Below are positions 56,549 through 64,000 of a DNA stretch of 64,000 bases, piece by piece. A model generated the notes under the pieces. The model worked only from the letters and a program-made list of their open reading frames with translations. It did no database searches and had not been told where the DNA came from. This stretch comes from Muribaculaceae bacterium (lineage in GTDB: Bacteria > Bacteroidota > Bacteroidia > Bacteroidales > Muribaculaceae), in assembly GCA_009775265.1 (NCBI GenBank), contig VSPG01000004.1, positions 42,901 to 106,900 on the forward strand, read 5' to 3'. How positions within the stretch are numbered: position 1 is the stretch's first letter; each line of letters begins with the position of its first letter. Both the position numbers and the translations under genes were made by a program.

Positions 56549-58261
56549 ATGAAAAAGACTATGGCAATAGCCGCAGCAGCCCTCGCCCTGAGCGCATGCA
56601 CAGCCAACCGGACAACACCAGAGGCGCAGCCCGGCACAGCCGTATTCGGCAGCTTCCTTTACGAAGGAAGCGATAGTGTATACACTATCAGTCCGCTTGC
56701 GGACAACGCCGCATTCCACAACCCGATTCTCCCCGGATGGTATTCCGACCCCTCTGTCTGCACCAACGGCAAGGGCGATTACTTCCTCGTCACATCCACA
56801 TTCTGCTACTTTCCCGGAGTTCCGCTGTTCCATAGCCGCGACATGGTGAACTGGAGGCAAATCGGCCATGTGCTCAACCGCGAGTCCCAACTCGACAATT
56901 TCCCCGGACAGCACATAAGCGGCGGCATCTTCGCGCCCGCCATAAGCTACAATCCGGCCAACGGAATGTACTACATGATCACGACTAACGTCGGCGCCGG
57001 AAACTTCTTCGTGAAAACTTCCGACCCCTTCTCGGGTCAGTGGAGCGACCCCGTCTACCTGCCCGAAGTGCAGGGCATAGACCCCGCATTCTTCTTCGAC
57101 ACCGACGGCAAGGCCTATATCGTGAACAACGACGACGCCCCCGACGGCAAACCCGAGTACGACGGGCACCGCACAGTGCGCGTGGTGGAATTCGACATCG
57201 AATCCGAAAAATGCGTTGGCGAGCGCAAAATAGTCGTCAACAAAGGCTGGCGCCCGCAGGACAAACCCATATGGTGCGAAGGACCGCACATTTATAATGT
57301 GGACGGGCAGTACTACCTCATGACAGCCGAAGGAGGCACAGCCGAGGGCCACAGCGAAGTCATCTACCGCGGCACCTCGCCCTTCGGCCCCTTCACGCCC
57401 TACAAAAACAACCCCATCCTGACACAGCGCAACCTCGACCGCAATCGCCCCAACCCCGTCACCTGCGCCGGCCACGCCGACCTCGTACAGACAGCCGAAG
57501 GCGACTGGTGGGCCGTGTTCCTCGCATGCCGCCCCAACAAAGCCGGATTCGAGAACCTCGGCCGCGAAACATTCATGCTCCCCGTGGAGTGGACAGAAGA
57601 CGGATGGCCGATAATCCTCGCCGACAAGCAGCCCGTGCCCATGGCCGGCACACGCGCCGGCGTAGTGCGCGACGAAGCGCGCACCACATTCGGCAACTTC
57701 AGCATAACAGAAGAATTCGACAGCACATCCCTCGCCCCCGAATGGATGACCCTGCGCTCCCCGGCCACCGAGCTTTACTCACTTTCCGACAATCCCGGCA
57801 GCCTTACGCTGAAATGCGCCGACACCGACGTGCGAGAGAAATCCACCCCCGCATTCATCGCACGCCGCATCCAGCACCACAGTTTCAAGTGCAGCGCGCC
57901 CATGACGTTCGTGCCCGACAGTGCCTCGCAGTGCGCCGGGCTGCTCCTGTTCAAGGACGAAGCACACCACTATCTGTTCGCACGCGGCATCGACTCCGAA
58001 GGCAACCACGTCGTGTTCGTCGACAAGACAAGCCCCGAAGGCACGGAAACAATCGCCTCCGTACCCGTAGAAGCATCCGAAAACACCGTCACACTCACCA
58101 TAAGCAGCGCCGACGGCCTGAGCTATGATTTCAGCATGACAGGCACCGACGGCAGAAGCACCGTAGTGGCCGAAGGCGTAGACGCGCGCCACACATCCAC
58201 CGCTGCCGCCGGCGGATTCACCGGCACCACAGTAGGCCCCTACGCCACAAACCGCAGATAA
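56549..58261 (+). CDS. GH43 beta-xylosidase/arabinofuranosidase with C-terminal beta-sandwich domain, lipoprotein signal
   Basis: 570-aa ORF with a lipobox (LALSACT). It has the catalytic motifs WYSDPSV, GGIFAPAI and CEGPHIY and a C-terminal concanavalin-like domain, as in XynB-type GH43 enzymes. Confidence 0.88.
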   Translation: MKKTMAIAAAALALSACTANRTTPEAQPGTAVFGSFLYEGSDSVYTISPLADNAAFHNPILPGWYSDPSVCTNGKGDYFLVTSTFCYFPGVPLFHSRDMVNWRQIGHVLNRESQLDNFPGQHISGGIFAPAISYNPANGMYYMITTNVGAGNFFVKTSDPFSGQWSDPVYLPEVQGIDPAFFFDTDGKAYIVNNDDAPDGKPEYDGHRTVRVVEFDIESEKCVGERKIVVNKGWRPQDKPIWCEGPHIYNVDGQYYLMTAEGGTAEGHSEVIYRGTSPFGPFTPYKNNPILTQRNLDRNRPNPVTCAGHADLVQTAEGDWWAVFLACRPNKAGFENLGRETFMLPVEWTEDGWPIILADKQPVPMAGTRAGVVRDEARTTFGNFSITEEFDSTSLAPEWMTLRSPATELYSLSDNPGSLTLKCADTDVREKSTPAFIARRIQHHSFKCSAPMTFVPDSASQCAGLLLFKDEAHHYLFARGIDSEGNHVVFVDKTSPEGTETIASVPVEASENTVTLTISSADGLSYDFSMTGTDGRSTVVAEGVDARHTSTAAAGGFTGTTVGPYATNRR

Positions 58262-58405
58262 CAAACACTCATATAATTAATAATTCACTTAAACCAAAAC
58301 CGACAATAAGAAACAGAAAAACCAGGAAAAACCATTTACCTGCCTTGAAAAGGCAAAATTGAAAACACATTAAAAATAACCTGAACCAAAACCAATCACC
58401 AACAA

Positions 58406-61400
58406 ATGGAAAATGTAAAGAAATTGTTTCGTTGCATTTCAGTTCTGACACTGATGATGGTCTGCGGAGCCTTCACGGCTTACGCCGCCACAGTGTCCGG
58501 TACTGTGGTCGACGATACGGGCGAGCCCCTTATCGGCGTCAGCGTAACGCTCAAGGGCAACAATGCAGGCGTGACAACGGACATCGACGGTAATTATACC
58601 ATACAGGTGCCCGATGCAAAGACCGCCACGCTCACATTCAGCTACGTGGGCATGGAATCACAGGAAATCAAAATCAACGGACGTAGCAAAGTCGACGTTA
58701 CCCTCAAGCCCAACAGCAATGCTCTTGAGGAAGTCGTGGTTGTAGGCTACGGCCATCAGAAAAAAGCATCCGTAGTGGGCGCCATCACCCAGACATCCGG
58801 TGCCGTGCTCGAACGCGCTGCCGGTATCCATGACATCGGCAACGCCCTTACCGGTAACATGCCCGGCGTCGTGACGACCCAGAGCAGCGGTATGCCCGGC
58901 GACGAAGAACCCCAGATCACCATCCGCGGCGCTTCCTCCTGGAACAACAGCTCGCCCCTGGTGCTCGTCGATGGTATCGAACGCCCCATGAGCTCCGTCG
59001 ACATCAGCTCCGTCGAGTCCATCTCCGCACTCAAGGACGCATCGGCCACCGCAGTCTATGGTGTGAAAGGCGCCAACGGCGTAATTCTCATCACCACCAA
59101 ACGCGGTCAGGAAGGCAAGGCCAAAATCGACGTAGGCTTCACCTCCACAATGAAAACCATATCCAAGCTTCCTGACAAGTACGACTCCTACGACGCAATG
59201 CTCCTGCACAACCGCGTCATCGAGCACGAACTCGCCCTCAGCCCCACCTCCTGGAGCTACATCGTGCCCATGGACCGCGTGAACAAGTACCGCTACCGCA
59301 CATCCATAGAGGACATCGAGCGTTACCCCAACGTGGACTGGCGCAACGAGCTGTTCAAGGACGCAGCAATGAGCTATAACGCTTATGTCAACATCGCCGG
59401 CGGCACCAAGTTCGTGCGCTACTACACCGCAGTCGACTTCGTGAGCGAAGGCGACCTTTTCCGTAGCTTCGACGCAGGTCGCGGATTCCGCAGCGGCTTC
59501 GACTACAACCGCCTCAACGTGCGCAGCAACCTCGACTTCTCCATCACAAAGACTACTACTTTCAAGGTGAACGTGGCAGGCTCCAACGGCTCGCGCAAAA
59601 CCCCCTACAACGGATCCGGTTTCTACAGCGTGGACTGGTCGGCAGCACAGATCTGGGGCTCGGTCTACAGCACAGCTCCCGACATCTTCATGCCCCGATA
59701 CAGCGACGGCTCGCTCGGATTCTACCCGCTCAACGCCGCCCAGACCACCAACTCCGTGGCCAATATCATGACAGCCGGCACCATGCGCATGACAAATACG
59801 CGCATCAACACCGACTTCGTACTTGAGCAGGACCTCTCGATGATTACCAAAGGCCTCAACTTCCGCGGCATGATTTCCTGGGACAACCTCTTCGTGGAAG
59901 GCAAGCGCGGCATCGAGGACACTTCAGCCTACGTGTTCAAATACATCGACCCCGCAACCGGCGAAGTCACCAATCGTAACGACTACGACCAGACTACCGG
60001 CTTCGACTACCGCACACAGTCCAACCTCGCGCTGCGTGCAGGCGAAGTGGCCAACTGGAAGACACAGCGCCACGTCAACTACCAGCTCCAGCTCAACTGG
60101 GCTCGCGAGTTCGGCAAGCACTCCGTAAGCGCCACAGGCGTATGGAGCCGCCAGGAAGACGCCTACGGCAGCGAAATCCCCCGCTACCGTGAAGACTGGG
60201 TGTTCCGTACCACCTACGACTTCGACGGACGCTACCTCGTGGAATACAACGGCGCCTACAACGGCTCCGAGAAATTCGGCAAAGGCTACCGCTTCGGTTT
60301 CTTCAACTCGGGCGCTATCGGATGGCGCATCAGCGGCGAACCGTTCTTCAAGCCCCTGCTGCCCTACATCAACAACCTCAAGCTCCGCGCCTCCTACGGC
60401 GAAATCGGCGACGACTCCGGCGACCGCTGGCTGTACACCGACACCTGGGGCTTCGGCGGCAACGCAATCGTCGACGGCTCCGCCAAACCCGGCAACACCA
60501 GCCCTTACTCCTTCTACTACCAGAGCACCATCGGCAACCCCGACGCACACTGGGAAAAGGTGACGAAGTTCAACTTCGGTATCGACTACGGATTCCTCAA
60601 CGACATGTTCGCCGGCGCCGTGGAAATATTCAAGGACAAACGTAAAGACATCCTCATCCGCGGCACCGACCGTTCCATCCCCAGCTACTTCGGCGGCAAC
60701 CCGCCCACAGCCAACCTCGGCCGTGCCGAAGCATCCGGCTTCGAAGTGGAACTCCGCTTCAATTATCCCATCAACCGCGACATGCGCACATGGGCCAACT
60801 TCAGCATGACCCACGCATCCAACAAAATCATCGACCGTGACGACCCCCGCCTGCGTCCCGACTACCAGAAACAGGCAGGCTACGCCATCGGCCAGTACCA
60901 TTCGCACATCGATGCCGGATTCCTCAACAACTACGACATGATCTACGGCGCCCCCGCCTTCGAAACCAACGACGACCAGCGCCTCCCCGGCGACTACTAC
61001 ATCGTCGACTTCAACGGCGACGGCGTAGTCAACGCCGACGACTCCGCGCCCTACGGCTACACCGAAACTCCTCAGAACACCTACAACGCCACCCTCGGCT
61101 TCGAATGGAAAGGCCTCAGCGTGTTCGCACAGTTCTACGGCGTAACAGGCGTATCGCGTACAGTAGACCTCCGCAGCTTCGAAAACCAGATGAACAACGC
61201 CTACGACCTGCACCGCGACTGGTGGAGCGCCGACGGCAGCGGCGACATGCTCGTGCCCCGCTGGCTCAGCACACCCTACTCTGCGCAGTACGGCACACAG
61301 TGGATCTACGACGCATCCTACATCCGTCTCAAGAACGTCGAAGTGGCCTACACCTGGAACTCCGGCTGGATCAAGAAACTCGGCCTGAGCAACCTCAAGG

Positions 61401-61531
61401 TATACCTCAACGGCAACAACCTGTGGCTCTGGACCCGCATGCCCGACGACCGCGAAAGCAACTACGGCTACGCCGCATCGGCTTACCCGACCACCCGCCG
61501 CTTCAACCTCGGCGTGAAGTTCTCACTCTAA
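58406..61531 (+). CDS. SusC/RagA-family TonB-dependent outer-membrane transporter
   Basis: 1041-aa ORF. It has a signal peptide, a carboxypeptidase-regulatory-like domain (VSGTVVDDTGEPLIGVSVTLKG), the plug motifs VVVGYGHQKK and LKDASATAVYGVKGANGVILITTKRG, and a C-terminal beta-barrel ending in F-S-L. Confidence 0.95.
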   Translation: MENVKKLFRCISVLTLMMVCGAFTAYAATVSGTVVDDTGEPLIGVSVTLKGNNAGVTTDIDGNYTIQVPDAKTATLTFSYVGMESQEIKINGRSKVDVTLKPNSNALEEVVVVGYGHQKKASVVGAITQTSGAVLERAAGIHDIGNALTGNMPGVVTTQSSGMPGDEEPQITIRGASSWNNSSPLVLVDGIERPMSSVDISSVESISALKDASATAVYGVKGANGVILITTKRGQEGKAKIDVGFTSTMKTISKLPDKYDSYDAMLLHNRVIEHELALSPTSWSYIVPMDRVNKYRYRTSIEDIERYPNVDWRNELFKDAAMSYNAYVNIAGGTKFVRYYTAVDFVSEGDLFRSFDAGRGFRSGFDYNRLNVRSNLDFSITKTTTFKVNVAGSNGSRKTPYNGSGFYSVDWSAAQIWGSVYSTAPDIFMPRYSDGSLGFYPLNAAQTTNSVANIMTAGTMRMTNTRINTDFVLEQDLSMITKGLNFRGMISWDNLFVEGKRGIEDTSAYVFKYIDPATGEVTNRNDYDQTTGFDYRTQSNLALRAGEVANWKTQRHVNYQLQLNWAREFGKHSVSATGVWSRQEDAYGSEIPRYREDWVFRTTYDFDGRYLVEYNGAYNGSEKFGKGYRFGFFNSGAIGWRISGEPFFKPLLPYINNLKLRASYGEIGDDSGDRWLYTDTWGFGGNAIVDGSAKPGNTSPYSFYYQSTIGNPDAHWEKVTKFNFGIDYGFLNDMFAGAVEIFKDKRKDILIRGTDRSIPSYFGGNPPTANLGRAEASGFEVELRFNYPINRDMRTWANFSMTHASNKIIDRDDPRLRPDYQKQAGYAIGQYHSHIDAGFLNNYDMIYGAPAFETNDDQRLPGDYYIVDFNGDGVVNADDSAPYGYTETPQNTYNATLGFEWKGLSVFAQFYGVTGVSRTVDLRSFENQMNNAYDLHRDWWSADGSGDMLVPRWLSTPYSAQYGTQWIYDASYIRLKNVEVAYTWNSGWIKKLGLSNLKVYLNGNNLWLWTRMPDDRESNYGYAASAYPTTRRFNLGVKFSL

Positions 61532-61535
61532 TCAC

Positions 61536-63506
61536 ATGAAAGCAATGAAATTCAAAATATCCGCAATCCTCACATGCGCTGCCATGGCTCTCGCCTCCGG
61601 CACGCTGCTGACCTCCTGCGAAGACTATCTCGACAAGAACCCCGACTCGACAGTCGATCCCGAGGCAGCATTCAAGGATTTCACCAACTTCCAGGGCTAC
61701 ATAGAAGAAATCTACAACTGCGTGCCCAACAAAAACGTTCACTACTGGACAGCAACCTGGAACCTCGGCGACGACGAATGGACCGTGCCGAACGCCAACT
61801 GGCACATGCTGCACCAGGTGGACCTCGGCGACTTCTGGAAATGGCAGGACGGAAGCCTCGGACAGAACGGCTTCTGGTTCGACAAATCCAGCGTTGACCC
61901 ACGCAACACCAACACCGACGCCCACGCCCTCTACGGCCACGCATGGTACTGCATACGCAAATGCAACCTCGGTCTCGAGAATATGGACAAACTCACCGGC
62001 AACGACGAAGAACGCCGGTTCATCAAAGGCCAGCTTCACTTCTGGCGCGCATGGTGGCACTTCGAGATGATGCAGTTCCTCGGCGGACTACCCTACATCG
62101 ACCGCACCATCCCCGCCGGCGAAAGCCCCACAGAGCCGCGCCTCAGCTTCCAGGAAGCTGCAGAGAAATGCGCAGCCGACTTCCGCATCGCAGCCGATCT
62201 GCTGCCCATCAACTGGGACGAAACGGAAACCGGCCGCAAGACTCTCGGACACAATGATTTCCGCCTCAACAAAATCATGGCTCTCGGCTATCTCGGCAAG
62301 AGCCTGCTGTGGGCAGGTTCACCCCTTATGGAAAACGGCCCGCAGACAGGCGCCTCGCAGACAGGCATGACTTACAAATACAACGCCGATTTCTGCACAC
62401 GCGCCGGAAAAGCATTCGGCGAGCTGCTCACACTCGTAGAAAGCGGACAGACACAGTACGCTCTCGCACAGTTTGAATACAAGAACATCTACGACCACGA
62501 GAAAGACCCCTCCGCCACCACCTGCTACAGCGACATCTGGTGGAGCTTCCGCAACCAGGGTAAAGTGCCAGGCAGCACCGAATCAATCTTCCGCGCCGGC
62601 AACCTGACATGGGGCAACGGCGGCCCGAACTCATTCATCCGCTACAACTACTCGCGCACATTCTGCCCCAACACCATCAGCGGCGGATGCGACCTCATAG
62701 TCCACCATCCCACGGCCAACTACGTGGAAAACTACGGCATGGCCAACGGACTGCCACTTGACGACCCCGACGCAAACTGGGACAAGACACACCCGTTCAA
62801 GGACCGTGACCCGCGCTTCTACCACGACATCATATTCGACGGATTCAAATTCATCAACGGCGCGGCTCCCGACGAAAAGAAGTACTGCCAGCTCTACACC
62901 GGCGGCCTCTACCGCGACGTCACTTCGGCCAGCTCCACCGGCTACCTGATGCACAAGCTCGTCCCGCACACCTGCAACGAGACCGACAACACCGACACAT
63001 ACGGAGACAACCCCAACGCCGACATACCATACATGCGTCTGGCCGACATCTACCTGATGTACGCAGAAGCCGTAGCGGCAGCCGGCGGCCCTGGAAGCAA
63101 ATCGGACAACTTCACGCGCACAGCCTGGCAGGCAGTAGACGTAATCCGCAACCGCTGCGGCGCCGGACTCGTGCACGACAAGTTCAAAGGCAACCGCGAA
63201 AGATTCCTCGACGAAGTGCGCCGCGAACGCGCCGTCGAACTCGCCTTCGAAGGCTTGCGCTTCAACGACCTGCAGCGCTGGCTGCTGCTCACCGAGCCCA
63301 AGTACACCCTGAAGACCTCGCATGAGTTCACCCGCGTGGAAGATATCGATTTCTTCAAGAACAACGACCCTGCCGAAGCACGCGTGGCCGACTTCCGCAG
63401 CGAGCCGCTCTTCCAGCGCGCCTTCACGACCAAGCACTACTGGTTCCCGCTCAAGAAAGCCGACACACAGATGTACGAAGGCTTCGAACAGAACCCCGGA
63501 TGGTAA
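61536..63506 (+). CDS. SusD/RagB-family nutrient-binding outer-membrane lipoprotein
   Basis: 656-aa ORF with a lipobox (LLTSCEDYLDKNPDS). It has TPR-like SusD motifs and the C-terminal RRERAVELAFEGLRFNDLQRW. Confidence 0.92.
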   Translation: MKAMKFKISAILTCAAMALASGTLLTSCEDYLDKNPDSTVDPEAAFKDFTNFQGYIEEIYNCVPNKNVHYWTATWNLGDDEWTVPNANWHMLHQVDLGDFWKWQDGSLGQNGFWFDKSSVDPRNTNTDAHALYGHAWYCIRKCNLGLENMDKLTGNDEERRFIKGQLHFWRAWWHFEMMQFLGGLPYIDRTIPAGESPTEPRLSFQEAAEKCAADFRIAADLLPINWDETETGRKTLGHNDFRLNKIMALGYLGKSLLWAGSPLMENGPQTGASQTGMTYKYNADFCTRAGKAFGELLTLVESGQTQYALAQFEYKNIYDHEKDPSATTCYSDIWWSFRNQGKVPGSTESIFRAGNLTWGNGGPNSFIRYNYSRTFCPNTISGGCDLIVHHPTANYVENYGMANGLPLDDPDANWDKTHPFKDRDPRFYHDIIFDGFKFINGAAPDEKKYCQLYTGGLYRDVTSASSTGYLMHKLVPHTCNETDNTDTYGDNPNADIPYMRLADIYLMYAEAVAAAGGPGSKSDNFTRTAWQAVDVIRNRCGAGLVHDKFKGNRERFLDEVRRERAVELAFEGLRFNDLQRWLLLTEPKYTLKTSHEFTRVEDIDFFKNNDPAEARVADFRSEPLFQRAFTTKHYWFPLKKADTQMYEGFEQNPGW

Positions 63507-63566
63507 GCGACACCTCCGCACATATCTAAATATCAACACAGCTTTAAGAATATCACATTTCAATAT

Positions 63567-64000
63567 ATGATACCGACACAGAAAAGAGCCTTATTCCTGC
63601 TGCTCGGCGCCGCATCCATCCTGCCCGCAACGGCACAGGACATCGCGACCGCACCCGACAGCATCGGCAAAGGCATACACACGGAAGCAACATTCCGTGA
63701 AGCTGCCCCCAGCCGTATTGTCGGCGGTGTTTCCGTAGTGAACGTAGCTGAAAACCAGAAAAAGGACCACACTTTCGGAGTCTTCGACAACATGCAGGGC
63801 TTCGTAAGCGGCTGGAACGGCAACTCTCTATGGTGCATGGACTCCGACAACGACGGAGGATACCTCGTTATTGTCAACGGCGTGCCCCGCAGCCACAACG
63901 ACGTGCTTCCGAGCGAAGTCGAGGAAATCACATTCCTCAAGAGCGCCGCAGCCACGGTGCTCTACGGCAGCCGCGCAGCCAAGGGTGCCATCCTCATCAC
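63567..64000 (+). CDS. Second SusC-like TonB-dependent transporter, N-terminal fragment running off the 3' edge
   Basis: ATG at 63567 opens a frame to the window end. It reads MIPTQKRALFLLLGAASILPATAQD..., then the plug motifs VIVNGVPR, ITFLKSAAATVLYGSRAAKGAILIT. It is absent from the ORF track because there is no stop, and it has no carboxypeptidase-regulatory domain. Confidence 0.85.
   Translation, partial: MIPTQKRALFLLLGAASILPATAQDIATAPDSIGKGIHTEATFREAAPSRIVGGVSVVNVAENQKKDHTFGVFDNMQGFVSGWNGNSLWCMDSDNDGGYLVIVNGVPRSHNDVLPSEVEEITFLKSAAATVLYGSRAAKGAILI

Noticed and set aside
58269-58451. 60-aa F/L-rich minus-strand ORF in the GH43-susC spacer.
   Set aside because: It is simply the complement of an A-rich leader (poly-Phe/Leu/Lys codons) and overlaps the susC start.
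59924-61213. 429-aa ORF antisense to susC. Similar cases are 54608-55807, 50487-51710, 37912-39144, 56444-57475, 22102-23208 and 23308-24219.
   Set aside because: All lie fully inside confidently identified genes on the other strand. They have V/G/A/H-rich repetitive translations, so I treat them as antisense artefacts.
1-64000. Searched for CRISPR arrays, tRNA/rRNA genes, IS elements, integrases and prophage remnants.
   Set aside because: No repeat-spacer periodicity is present. No intergenic region is large enough or structured like a tRNA or rRNA. No transposase-like or integrase-like ORF appears in the six-frame track.

Overview
The window looks like a Bacteroidales chromosome segment of moderately high GC. 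Supporting signs are TAnnTTTG-type promoter boxes, SusC/SusD pairs, a hybrid two-component system (HTCS) and a protease with a type IX secretion (T9SS) C-terminal domain. It is densely coding, with about 45 protein genes. I saw no rRNA, tRNA, CRISPR array, transposase or integrase.

Gene content by region:
- **1-20 kb:** housekeeping and envelope genes. These are a VanX-like fragment, a GT2 glycosyltransferase, queA, a UvrD-like helicase, a GH31 alpha-xylosidase-like enzyme, a C10 protease, a prolyl oligopeptidase, an MBL hydrolase, a phosphoethanolamine-transferase-like protein, acpP-fabF, pncB and a DUF389 protein.
- **20-64 kb:** a continuous catabolic block. It holds kdgK-eda, galM-SSS-araD-araA-araB, an inserted thrE/thrE2-lysR-nhaC module, exuT-like-uxaC-uxuB-uxuA and xylB-xylA. 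It ends in a glucuronoxylan polysaccharide utilisation locus (PUL). The PUL carries GH67, GH43, GH10, a GPH symporter, an esterase, a GH35-like enzyme, GH115, the HTCS, a second GH43 and SusC/SusD plus a second SusC.

The best hunt result is a shared promoter architecture at three PUL promoters. Each has two GTWAC-core direct repeats exactly 21 bp apart, abutting the -33 box. I read these as a candidate operator for the AraC-type HTCS.

Other observations:
- an orphan promoter-terminator unit that may be a small RNA;
- a perfect 16-bp terminator leaving no room for a uxuA promoter;
- a four-gene operon linked by ATGA stop/start overlaps;
- a possible protease-inhibitor pairing.

I found no clear-cut novel defence or mobile system. 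All functional calls rest on motif recognition by eye, not on database searches.
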